Shown piece by piece: positions 10,378 through 19,034 of a stretch of DNA of 64,000 bases. The first letter of the stretch is position 1. Each line of letters starts with the position of its first letter. The notes below the pieces were generated by a model that worked only from the letters and a program-made list of their open reading frames with translations, was not told the DNA's origin and did not search any database. The stretch covers positions 1,590 to 65,589 of the forward strand of contig JAZSHT010000104.1 in assembly GCA_045533435.1 (NCBI GenBank). The letters run 5' to 3'. Source of the stretch: Eubacteriales bacterium. Its GTDB lineage: Bacteria; Bacillota; Clostridia; Oscillospirales; CAG-272. The position numbers and the translations under genes were made by a program.

Positions 10378-10406
10378 TTGACAATATTCTTATTTAGTTG
10401 TATAAT
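10378..10406 (+). promoter_or_regulatory. consensus sigma-A promoter for the PHP/DMT operon
   Basis: TTGACA, 17 nt, TATAAT. Confidence 0.7.
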
Positions 10407-10436
10407 CTACTTATAAAATAAAGAAGGAAAATTATT

Positions 10437-11132
10437 ATGGCAAGCTATAAATATCAAATGCATATTCACACATCCCCTTGCTCAGCCTGTGGCAGAATGT
10501 CCCCTGCCGAGTTATGTCAAGCACTGTACGAAAAAGGATACAAAGGCACAGTTTTAACAAACCACTTTTACCACGGAAACTCAGGTGTTGACAGAAGCTT
10601 ATCATGGAACGATTTTGTATCCGCATATGAAAAGGACTACCTTGAATGCTTAGAGGAAGCAAAAAAATACGACCTTGACATTATCTTTAGCGTTGAAGAG
10701 GTGCTTATTCCGGGTCTTGAAATTCTTTGCTATGGCGTAACACCTGAAATTCTTTACGCTAACCCCGAGCTAAGAGACTGTACTCCTGAAAGAAAGGTGG
10801 AAATTTTACGCCAAAATGGAGTATTACTTATCCAACCTCACCCGTTTAGAGAGGCGTTTTACATTCCCAATCCGGGACATTTACCGCTTGAATCTATAGA
10901 CGGCGTTGAGGTTTACAACAGAGGAAATAGCACACAGGAAATGAACCAAAAGGCAGTAGATTTTGCAAACGAAAACCCACACCTTATAAAAACCTCAAGC
11001 GCAGATGCCCATACGGTAGATAGAGTTGATTGTGGCGGTATTATCACAGAAAAGCGCATTAAAAATCCAAAGGATTTAGTATCAACACTTCGTAATGGCA
11101 ACTATACATTAATCATTCCGGAGCAAGAGTAA
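10437..11132 (+). CDS. PHP-domain metal-dependent phosphoesterase
   Basis: 231 aa with N-terminal HIHT motif. A consensus sigma-A promoter lies 30 nt upstream. Confidence 0.75.
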   Translation: MASYKYQMHIHTSPCSACGRMSPAELCQALYEKGYKGTVLTNHFYHGNSGVDRSLSWNDFVSAYEKDYLECLEEAKKYDLDIIFSVEEVLIPGLEILCYGVTPEILYANPELRDCTPERKVEILRQNGVLLIQPHPFREAFYIPNPGHLPLESIDGVEVYNRGNSTQEMNQKAVDFANENPHLIKTSSADAHTVDRVDCGGIITEKRIKNPKDLVSTLRNGNYTLIIPEQE

Positions 11133-11135
11133 TTT

Positions 11136-12008
11136 ATGACATTTATACCTGCATTGCTTTTATTTTGTAGCGCACTGCTCGGAGCTACCAAGAATGTTTT
11201 AATTAAAGGATTTTCGGGATATTCAATTAAAACCCGTGAATTTTTTATGCTTCAAGCATCACTTTTTGGTGCAGGCGCAGTAGTGCTAACAGTAATAAAT
11301 CTGTTTACCTTTAATGGATTATCACTCTATACAGTTATTTGTTCATTACTTTATGCCATAATGCTTTTAGGTGGCTTATGGGGATACACATTAGCGCTTA
11401 GCCAAGGTAAAACCGCAGTTTGCGCAACAGTCTATTCCTTTGGCTTTATTGTGCCAACACTTTCAGGTACTTTATTTTGGAACGAAACCATTTCAGTTTT
11501 CGGCTACTTAGGTATTATTACCTTAATTCCTATCCTTATAATTTCAGGCACAAGTCCTAAAAAACAGGATAATAAGCAAACAACAAAAGCATTCATTATT
11601 CCACTCATAATTGCGCTTCTATCATCGGGCGGACTTGGTGTTATGCAAAAAATACACCAAAAATCAGATAGTGCAAGCCAAATGAACACTTTTTTATTGC
11701 TCTCGTTTATATTTGCATTTATTGTATCACTTATATTTACACTTGCATTAAAGAAGGGACAAAGCTTAATCGAGAAAAAAACCGCCATATCCTCATTATC
11801 AGTAGGAGCAATTTTCTCAATCTGCAATATTTTAAATACATACTTAGCAGGAGTCCTTGATAGCGCCGTATTATTCCCGGTTTTAAATATCGGCACAATT
11901 TTAATATCACTTGCACTTAGCGTGATCATCTATAAAGAAAGGCTTGACAAACGCGATACAATTATCATAATTTTAGGTGCATTAGCAATAATTTTAGTAA
12001 ACCTTTAA
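11136..12008 (+). CDS. polytopic membrane protein, DMT/EamA-like transporter
   Basis: 290 aa with about 10 hydrophobic helices. Tightly coupled to the PHP gene (3-nt gap). Confidence 0.6.
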   Translation: MTFIPALLLFCSALLGATKNVLIKGFSGYSIKTREFFMLQASLFGAGAVVLTVINLFTFNGLSLYTVICSLLYAIMLLGGLWGYTLALSQGKTAVCATVYSFGFIVPTLSGTLFWNETISVFGYLGIITLIPILIISGTSPKKQDNKQTTKAFIIPLIIALLSSGGLGVMQKIHQKSDSASQMNTFLLLSFIFAFIVSLIFTLALKKGQSLIEKKTAISSLSVGAIFSICNILNTYLAGVLDSAVLFPVLNIGTILISLALSVIIYKERLDKRDTIIIILGALAIILVNL

Positions 12009-12020
12009 AATTGCATAGCA

Positions 12021-12056
12021 AAAAAAGAATTTGCAAAGTTGCAAATTCTTTTTTTG
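12021..12056. terminator. bidirectional terminator
   Basis: A-run, GAATTTGC-AAAGTT-GCAAATTC, T-run. Confidence 0.75.
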
Positions 12057-12130
12057 TGCTAAAAATCTATAAAAAACGCCAAAAATATAGTAAATATATG
12101 AACATATTCGCATATAATAATATAAAAAAC

Positions 12131-12172
12131 AACAAAAAACAAAGCAAATCGGCATAAAATCAACCGATTTGC
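12131..12172 (-). terminator. terminator of 12181-14235
   Basis: GCAAATCGG / CCGATTTGC stem, followed on the minus strand by TTTGTTTTTT. Confidence 0.7.
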
Positions 12173-12180
12173 TCCAATTT

Positions 12181-14235
12181 TTATCGTTCAATCAAAATTG
12201 CATTAAGTCCACTAACAGTAAACTCCTCGCCATCAAGCTTAAAGCTAACCGCCTCATTTTCGGGATTAACAATGATATATGCACTTTTACCATAATCGCC
12301 TTCCCAAACAGAAGAAAGCAATCTTGGAAGAAAAGCACTCTTGCGACCTCTAAAAAGCGGAATTTCAATAGTATCACATTCAATGGTATTTGCATATTTC
12401 ATTTTACCACTATAAAGATATTTCTTGCCAGCCTCATTATAGAACCTCATCACATTTTTAATAAATTTAAGTGTCAAATCAAAATCAGGCTTATTTTCAA
12501 AATCGTGTGTACCCCAATGGCTCATAAGTCCACCGTAAGGATTTAAAATAAGTGTCATCATATCTCCAATGGAGAATGAATAAGCAAGACGATATCTTAA
12601 TGTGTCAACACTTGGTTCAAATGGACAACCGCATTGATTTCCCATAAAGTTTCTTAAATATTCGTGGTAAATAAAAGCAAAAAGCGGCACCACATCACCA
12701 AATGGATAGTTTAATTCAAATCTGTTATCACTCATTAAAAGATTGCCGATAAATGGCTCTGCCGCAGTGCTTTCACAACCGAAAATCATATTAGGATTAT
12801 CCTTATTCCACTGAGATAAAAGCTCTTGCATATTTGTAGTCATCCATTCTCCAGGCATAGGTGGATGATTATGCTCCCTTGCAAAGCACATATATTGACC
12901 GCCACCGTGATTTTGGTCAAGAATTTGCGCATAGTCAACACCGCTTTCAAATAGAGGCTTAAATCCCTCATTTATAATCTCACGACCACGCTTAGAGGCA
13001 GGGCAAATATCATATCCATATCTTTGATAAGGCGTACAGGTTTTACCAAGCTCAGGCCTATTTTCAGGAGAGCAGCATACACCCTCAAGAACATTATCAT
13101 CCTTGATTTTTTGCTCACAGTCATAGTCCATTAAGGTGCTTCGTAATGTGTAGCCAAATCCCGAGCAATAAACTCCAAGCAAATCTCCGTTTTTATGTAG
13201 TGTGTCTCTAAATTCATTAAACATATCAATACCGCCATAAGGTGGCCAAACATAAGGCGGAGCCCAAGGTGCTGTGCCCTCCCAATGCATAAGTAGAGAC
13301 ATTAAACGGCAATTTGTTTCCTTCTTGATTTTATCAAAAATAGGCAATACATTTTTGTATGGAAACAAAGGATTAGGCTCCATCTTGTCCATATCAAAAA
13401 TTCCCCTTACAGGATAGGTAACAATTAAAGGTATATCCTCATACCATTTCGGTAAGGACTTATTTTCCTTAGTTGGCACAACATTAGATGGTAAATTTTT
13501 CTCAAACCAGCTTCTGTAAATTTCCGCACTTGCTCTCCAATCCCCACAAGATACCTGCCATACAATAGGATAATCAGTCTTAAATCCGTCCCCATAGTTA
13601 GCACCCGAATATAAACGAATTTGCAAGGCAAGTCCATCATTATAAGGATAAAAATCAATTCCCTTTAAAGCTCTTTTTGTATCATGTGCGCCAATGTAAA
13701 GTCCAAAGTCCTCAAATAAATACGACATAAACTGAGATGATACCATATTAGGAAACATAAAGTAAGCACCCGAGGAAGGAAATTCCATCTCATATCTTGG
13801 CAGTAGCTTCTCATCTGAAACAATCATTCCCTCATTATATGGAAACAAAATTCTACCACCGTTTTTATCGTTTTGGGTTAAACGGGGTAAGCATATTTTA
13901 GGAAATTCTACATACTCAATAGCATACTTATCGCACACACCTTGAATTTCTATTCCCCAGGAAATATTTTCTCCCTCTAAAACGCTTACAGTAACAAAAA
14001 TATCCCCATATGTGTCGCTAAAACCACCATATATAAAGCCAACTCCACCCATGGAAAGTAGCTTTCCCTCAGTAGAATTTATGTAATAGCATTTTCCCTC
14101 TAAATCACGAAGTCTAATAACAAAAATAGGGCATTTATCTACACAGACCTCACGATTTTTTATTTTTAGAGATGAAATAACACCATTTTCTGTGTCAATC
14201 TCTAAATTTAAATCGCTACATGAAAAAATTCTCAT
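12181..14235 (-). CDS. large cytosolic DUF6259-like protein, putative glycoside hydrolase
   Basis: The ORF track starts at 14274, but the ATG at 14235 has RBS AAGGAG (MRIFSCSDLNL...). No signal peptide. Function is inferred only weakly from composition and context. Confidence 0.7.
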   Translation of the reverse strand: MRIFSCSDLNLEIDTENGVISSLKIKNREVCVDKCPIFVIRLRDLEGKCYYINSTEGKLLSMGGVGFIYGGFSDTYGDIFVTVSVLEGENISWGIEIQGVCDKYAIEYVEFPKICLPRLTQNDKNGGRILFPYNEGMIVSDEKLLPRYEMEFPSSGAYFMFPNMVSSQFMSYLFEDFGLYIGAHDTKRALKGIDFYPYNDGLALQIRLYSGANYGDGFKTDYPIVWQVSCGDWRASAEIYRSWFEKNLPSNVVPTKENKSLPKWYEDIPLIVTYPVRGIFDMDKMEPNPLFPYKNVLPIFDKIKKETNCRLMSLLMHWEGTAPWAPPYVWPPYGGIDMFNEFRDTLHKNGDLLGVYCSGFGYTLRSTLMDYDCEQKIKDDNVLEGVCCSPENRPELGKTCTPYQRYGYDICPASKRGREIINEGFKPLFESGVDYAQILDQNHGGGQYMCFAREHNHPPMPGEWMTTNMQELLSQWNKDNPNMIFGCESTAAEPFIGNLLMSDNRFELNYPFGDVVPLFAFIYHEYLRNFMGNQCGCPFEPSVDTLRYRLAYSFSIGDMMTLILNPYGGLMSHWGTHDFENKPDFDLTLKFIKNVMRFYNEAGKKYLYSGKMKYANTIECDTIEIPLFRGRKSAFLPRLLSSVWEGDYGKSAYIIVNPENEAVSFKLDGEEFTVSGLNAILIER

Positions 14236-14300
14236 AATACGCTCCTTGAAAAAAAGTATAGTAAAATTATACATTAAATCAAAGCATAATTCAATATCAA

Positions 14301-14340
14301 AATAAAAAATCGTTATACAGACATAAGCCTGTATAACGAT
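14301..14340 (-). terminator. terminator of the DUF11 gene
   Basis: 12-bp stem ATCGTTATACAG / CTGTATAACGAT, with a T-run on the minus strand. Confidence 0.8.
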
Positions 14341-14346
14341 TTAAAG

Positions 14347-15198
14347 CTATATTGTACCGGTAACTACAACAGTAGATGTGCCAGGAGTAACATTCCAAGC
14401 ACCTGTTATTGGGTCTTGAGTAAATGTTGCAGCAGGTACAGTAATGCTTCCTGCCACGCTCTCAAATAAACCAGTAGCCTCAGTATAGTTGTAATCTGTG
14501 CCCTCGGTCCATAATGTGCCGTTGAATGTTGCGCTTACATTAGAAAGTGTTGGGTCAAATAAATCTGTAATAAATGAATTATCAGTTGACACAACAGGAG
14601 TATTACCTGTATTTTGAATAACAAATGTGTATGTTACAACACCATTATCATTTACAGGCACTGGACTAATTGACTTAGTAATTGTTAAGCTTGGTGCACT
14701 TGCAACAGTAATTGTTTCATCATCTGTAACTGGAGTAAAGCCATTTCCTGATACTGTGGCGGTATTTGTAATCGTAGAGTCAAGGGATAGCGGAGCAAAT
14801 TCATTTGTAGATACCTCATAAACTAAGGTAGCATTACCATTTGCAGGAACGGAAATACCGTTTATTGTTAAATCTCCAACTGCACTAACCGTAGGAGCAG
14901 GCTGCAAGACACCATTGACATAATATCTAATTGTTCCATCAGTATAGGTAAGAGGAACAAGTGTACCAACGGTTGATGAATACGCGCCTAAATTATCGTT
15001 TAAGGTAAGCCCTGTAATAGCAGTAGCACCTGTATTAACAATGCTTACAATATAGGTTACAGTATCATTAGAGCCATATATATTTGAAACAGCAGTTTTG
15101 CTTACAGAAAGCACCTCTAAAACCTCGCCAACTGCAATATTTGAGTTGGTAACAGTATCTCTGTAAGTCAACTGTGCTTGATTAGTAAAGCTTGCCAT
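14347..15198 (-). CDS. DUF11 / conserved-repeat beta-sandwich protein without a signal peptide
   Basis: 283 aa, Thr/Asn/Val-rich, with two repeats of the pattern TYT(F/I)V(I/S)(Q/V)NTGN(T/A). Has an RBS and its own terminator. Confidence 0.7.
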   Translation of the reverse strand: MASFTNQAQLTYRDTVTNSNIAVGEVLEVLSVSKTAVSNIYGSNDTVTYIVSIVNTGATAITGLTLNDNLGAYSSTVGTLVPLTYTDGTIRYYVNGVLQPAPTVSAVGDLTINGISVPANGNATLVYEVSTNEFAPLSLDSTITNTATVSGNGFTPVTDDETITVASAPSLTITKSISPVPVNDNGVVTYTFVIQNTGNTPVVSTDNSFITDLFDPTLSNVSATFNGTLWTEGTDYNYTEATGLFESVAGSITVPAATFTQDPITGAWNVTPGTSTVVVTGTI

Positions 15199-15271
15199 AA
15201 TAATTCCTTTCCGAGAGGAAACCTCTCATCTATATATTATGACAAAAATACAAAAATGACAATGTTAAGCT

Positions 15272-16516
15272 CTAATAATTCATTCCTCTGCAAAGTCGCA
15301 TAAGAGTAACTCTGTTTCGTACTAACGGAGAATATTCAAGCAAAATATCAAGCCTATTTTCCGAAATTCCAATATCATTAAGAGAGGAATATGCACCAAG
15401 CACGCTGTACTTTTCTAAAAGCTCCTCATATGTAGGAATAGATTCAATAATTTTGCATATTTCATCCCACTTATTTAAAATATCACTTGCTTTTATATTA
15501 GAAGCGCAATCGCTTTCATTTTCATGAATTATAGAAAGACTTAATCTGTCCCCAAACATTTTATAAATGTATTCATCATCAGCTTTTTTGTAGTCCTTCC
15601 ATGATGAAATATCGCAGCATTTTATTCTGTGGTATTCCTTGCATGCAAGTAAAGTGCCAACGCCAACCTTTTCTCCATGTAAAGCATCGCTACAAGCATC
15701 TAAGCCCTCTGGCTGCATCTCAATTAGATGCGAAATATGATGCTCAGCACCTGAAGCGCACCTTGAATTACCAAGCAACTGCATTGCAAGCCCCGACATT
15801 AAAAGCCCGTAAATAAGCTTTTCAAATGCAGAGAGGTCTCCATTTTTAATTGCTTCTGTGCTTTCTATAACAGCTTTCGTAGCGTTTAATGTCATATCGT
15901 GTATGGTAGAACAAAAATATTCTCCCGTCAAAGCATGAGCGATTTTCCAATCTGCTAAAGCAATAAATTTTCCTATCATATCGCCAAAACCCGAATTAGT
16001 AAGAAAAGAAGGTGCTTTTGATATTATATCAAGGTCCGCAACAACAATTTTAGGTGCAACAGCAGTAAAGGTCTTTTTAAAACCATCCCAAGTCATAGCT
16101 GCAACGGAAGAACAAAAGCCATCAACACTTGCAGCAGTCGGACATGAAATAAATGGTACATTTTTATTGTAAGCAATGTATCTCGTAATATCATGTACAG
16201 TACCAGACCCCACCGCAATTAAATAATCAAAATTTAAAGGCAGCTGCGCCATAGCAAGAGCCACACCGTGATTATCTGCATGTAACCCATCTGGGCAGAG
16301 TATAATTTCCTTATCTGCATAAGGATGCACTCCATCAGTTGCGCGATATGTATTTTCATCATATATAGCCACACAATAACCACTCAAACCACAGTTTTTA
16401 ATATAAGTGCCTATATTCTTTAAAGCACCCGCCTCAATGAAGCACGCTTCCGTTGTCATTTCATGCTTTTTACCGCATGGGCAATCAATATTATATTTTT
16501 TGCTATCTATAATCAT
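15272..16516 (-). CDS. AraM-like sn-glycerol-1-phosphate dehydrogenase (iron-containing alcohol dehydrogenase superfamily), paralog 1
   Basis: 414 aa. Motifs shared with B. subtilis AraM: AVGSGTVHDITRY, PTAASVDGF, GFGDMIGK, ASGAEHHISHLIEM. Confidence 0.8.
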   Translation of the reverse strand: MIIDSKKYNIDCPCGKKHEMTTEACFIEAGALKNIGTYIKNCGLSGYCVAIYDENTYRATDGVHPYADKEIILCPDGLHADNHGVALAMAQLPLNFDYLIAVGSGTVHDITRYIAYNKNVPFISCPTAASVDGFCSSVAAMTWDGFKKTFTAVAPKIVVADLDIISKAPSFLTNSGFGDMIGKFIALADWKIAHALTGEYFCSTIHDMTLNATKAVIESTEAIKNGDLSAFEKLIYGLLMSGLAMQLLGNSRCASGAEHHISHLIEMQPEGLDACSDALHGEKVGVGTLLACKEYHRIKCCDISSWKDYKKADDEYIYKMFGDRLSLSIIHENESDCASNIKASDILNKWDEICKIIESIPTYEELLEKYSVLGAYSSLNDIGISENRLDILLEYSPLVRNRVTLMRLCRGMNY

Positions 16517-16802
16517 AAAAGCTCCTAGATATGTAAAATTGTAATAAATCTATTTTAGCATAACATCACGATTTTTTCAATCATTATAAGCAAATTTAAA
16601 AGCTATAAAAGCAGTATAATAAAAGCAGCATTATCATTTATAAAGACTATTTTCGCCGACTGTTTAATTATTCCATAACCGCCGACTTGTACGCCATATA
16701 AGCACCAATTTATGAAAGAAACTAAATCAAAATAATAGTTTTGTTTACTTTTAGCGCAGCGCCAAAAAGTAAAAGCCCGATTAATTTTTAGCATAAAGCG
16801 AT

Positions 16803-16902
16803 GACAATGTTGTGGGAAACTCCACAGTAAATTAAATTTATCAAATTAAATTTTCAATTTAAACAAGCATAAATTTTACTAAGAGTTTTCCATCGCATTG
16901 TC
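16803..16902 (+). repeat. 20-bp inverted repeat (GACAATGTTGTGGGAAACTC / GAGTTTTCCATCGCATTGTC) with a 60-nt AT-rich loop
   Basis: Paired by hand: 20 positions, 1 mismatch, 3 G-T pairs. Shares the GTGGGAAA/TTTTCCAT motif with 10311-10376. Confidence 0.7.
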
Positions 16903-17221
16903 AAAAAATTAATTTGCGCCGGCTCGAGGCGCTTCTTTTAGAAATCAACTAACAGCTTAGGCTAAACTATCCCGCTTTTCTGTTCCTAAGAAAAGCACAA
17001 TTAAAACTAACAACAGCACCATCGGTATATTAAGCGTCCAGCTTTTATTATCGTAAATTAACGGAAATGAATGTATTTGGCAAACTTCATGCAATAAATA
17101 CAAAAAAATAGGCTCTCCAACAAATCGGGGCGCTCAAAATAGCGTTGCCCTCATATCAGGAAAAGCCTACAGTTATAGTGTAGCAGATTTTATACAAAAA
17201 GTCAAGGGCACTTTTGTGTGG

Positions 17222-17236
17222 TCGAGATAATAGGAT
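17222..17236 (-). repeat. duplicated copy of the 3' end of tRNA-Pro (att-like direct repeat)
   Basis: TCGAGATAATAGGAT matches TCGAGATGATAGGAT at 17398-17412 in 14 of 15 positions, same orientation, 176 bp apart. Confidence 0.6.
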
Positions 17237-17328
17237 GACTTCGCTTCGCTCGTAACACCTCACTTGGCGTTGGTGAACAAGCTCCCCACGCCTGCGTGGG
17301 CTAGGCGAACCTAATTCAAGCAAAGCTT

Positions 17329-17354
17329 GAGGTAGGTTCAAATCCACATCATCG
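17329..17354 (+). pseudogene. degenerate tRNA 3'-half-like fragment (T-loop GGTTCAAATCC plus acceptor-like tail)
   Basis: GAGGTAGGTTCAAATCCACATCATCG mirrors the tRNA-Pro T-arm/acceptor in the opposite orientation. The T-stem does not pair and no 5' half is present. Confidence 0.4.
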
Positions 17355-17360
17355 TAAAAC

Positions 17361-17392
17361 AAAAATACCGTACCAAAAGGTACGGTATTTTT
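17361..17392. terminator. terminator downstream of tRNA-Pro
   Basis: AAAATACCGTACC-AAAA-GGTACGGTATTTT. Confidence 0.85.
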
Positions 17393-17397
17393 ATTTA

Positions 17398-17470
17398 TCG
17401 AGATGATAGGATTCGAACCTACGGCATCATGGTCCCAAACCATGCGCGCTACCAACTGCGCTACATCTCG
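17398..17470 (-). tRNA. tRNA-Pro (anticodon UGG)
   Basis: The reverse complement folds as a cloverleaf: acceptor CGAGATG/CATCTCG, D arm GCGC-AGTTGGTA-GCGC, anticodon stem CATGG/CCATG with loop TTTGGGA, T arm GTAGG-TTCGAAT-CCTAT. CCA is not encoded. A terminator lies downstream. Confidence 0.93.
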
Positions 17471-17639
17471 ATAGGTGCTTTTCTTGATTGCCTACATATT
17501 ATAGCAGACAAATATCTATTTGTCAATAGTAAATTTAATTTTTTTGAAAATATTTTTTACAAGCAAAAATATCCATCAAAATCAACAAATTTACGCTTAT
17601 TTATGCTATACTTAAGTAAATAAAATATGAGGATCTATT

Positions 17640-18998
17640 ATGGAAAGCATTAAATTATCAATAGAAGCGCTACTTAAAAATGTAGCCGCAAAAAATATAA
17701 GCCTATATTCTAAATTAACTGATGTAGCCTACCTAACAGACTACAAGTCAAACAACGGAATTTGGACAGAAGCATTTCAAGCTGCTCTTAACGAACATCA
17801 AATTGTCATTATTCCAAGCGCCAATGAGCCATACTATATTGATAACTCCATCATAATTCCATCAAACCGCAGAATTATAGCCGAAGCAGGCGCTGTTATT
17901 CGCTTAACAGATACAACAAAGGTTTTAATGCTCCGTAACTCAAACACCGCCGATGGCACTCATATGCCAATTACCTCACCACGCAACCAAAACATCTCAA
18001 TAGAGGGTGGCAGATGGGAGGATTGGTGTCCTCACAGAATGGGTTACGGTAATAGCGGAAAATACGATGAGCAAAGAAGCTTTTACGGCGTATCAACCTA
18101 CATGCTTTTTGAAAATATCGACAACTTAACTCTAAAAAATATGGTCTTTAAAAATTGTGGCGGTTTCGCTATCCAAATAGGCGAAGCAAAAAATATTATA
18201 ATTGAAAATATCGTATTTGAAAACTGCTTTGCAGACGGAATTCATGTTAACGGAAATACAGAAAACATCCACATAAAAAATGTCCGCGGAGAAGTAGGGG
18301 ATGATTTAGTTGCATTTAATATGTTTGACTGGCAAGATTCATCGGTAAATTTTGGGCCTTGTAAAAACGCCATTTGCGAGGATTTAACGCTGTCCTTAAA
18401 TAGCCATTATAAAGCAATTCGCATAGAGCCGGGCATTTATACCTTTGATGATGGCTCAGCCGTTGATTGCTCCCTAACAAACGCAATTTTTCGCCGCATT
18501 CACAACATAAAAACCTTTAAGCTATATTGCCAAACTCCACCGTATTTCCCTGGAAATAACCCCGAAAAAGCAGATGTTGGCAGCGGCAATAACATCTTTT
18601 TTGAAGATATTAGCGTAAATCTTGATGCCCCCATTGACCTAATCGGCGGCTATATAACCAACGATGAAAAAACAGGCACCTTTGCAGCATTTGAGCTTGG
18701 CTTGAATGCCAAAAACATCAGCTTCAAAAATATAAATATTACACTCTACCGTGAAAAGTATCCGTTTTCCTACCTTATCTGCATAGGACCAAAATCCGTT
18801 CGCTTCGATGATGGCAGAGAGGTCTTCGACCCCTATTTTTCATCAACTGTCGAAAATATCCACCTCGAAAACATTACCGTAAACGGAGAAAAACCAGCAG
18901 ATATAACACCATTTGTAAAACAAATAGAGTTTAACAACCTCTATACAGACATTCCTTCCACAGCTAACGGCAAAATTCAAAACATAATCTATAAATAA
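17640..18998 (+). CDS. right-handed parallel beta-helix protein (pectate-lyase/GH28-like fold)
   Basis: 452 aa with repeated NI(x)I(x)N-type beta-helix rungs (NLTLKNMVFKNCGGFAIQIGEAKNIIIENIVFENCFADGIHVNG). No signal peptide. Confidence 0.7.
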   Translation: MESIKLSIEALLKNVAAKNISLYSKLTDVAYLTDYKSNNGIWTEAFQAALNEHQIVIIPSANEPYYIDNSIIIPSNRRIIAEAGAVIRLTDTTKVLMLRNSNTADGTHMPITSPRNQNISIEGGRWEDWCPHRMGYGNSGKYDEQRSFYGVSTYMLFENIDNLTLKNMVFKNCGGFAIQIGEAKNIIIENIVFENCFADGIHVNGNTENIHIKNVRGEVGDDLVAFNMFDWQDSSVNFGPCKNAICEDLTLSLNSHYKAIRIEPGIYTFDDGSAVDCSLTNAIFRRIHNIKTFKLYCQTPPYFPGNNPEKADVGSGNNIFFEDISVNLDAPIDLIGGYITNDEKTGTFAAFELGLNAKNISFKNINITLYREKYPFSYLICIGPKSVRFDDGREVFDPYFSSTVENIHLENITVNGEKPADITPFVKQIEFNNLYTDIPSTANGKIQNIIYK

Positions 18999-19034
18999 AA
19001 AATGCTTGTTGCCAAGTGCAACAAGCATTTTCTA

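Noticed and set aside
12169-12546. 125-aa plus-strand ORF. The same applies to the many other antisense ORFs in the track, such as 364-657, 5676-6017, 11504-11929, 22996-23325 and 44227-44559.
   Set aside because: They lie antisense to, or out of frame within, long well-supported genes, or across repeat elements. They have no RBS and their composition is low-complexity.
17285-17356. A second, plus-strand tRNA gene suggested by GGTTCAAATCC.
   Set aside because: The T-stem (GTAGG/CCACA) does not pair. There is no matching 5' acceptor strand, D arm or anticodon arm within 90 nt. I treat it as a degenerate fragment.
16517-17397. tmRNA, SRP RNA, 6S RNA or RNase P RNA in the gene-free region.
   Set aside because: I could not find the conserved signatures I know for these RNAs (tmRNA tRNA-like ends and tag ORF, the SRP GGAA/AGCA domain IV motif, the RNase P GAGGAAAGTCC motif). 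A covariance-model scan would still be decisive.
12181-17397. An intact genomic island or prophage integrated at tRNA-Pro.
   Set aside because: There is no integrase, recombinase, transposase or phage gene anywhere in the window. Only the 15-nt att-like footprint remains.
17156-17455. 99-aa minus-strand ORF from the track.
   Set aside because: It runs through the tRNA-Pro gene, its terminator and the hairpin-rich non-coding region. It has no RBS.
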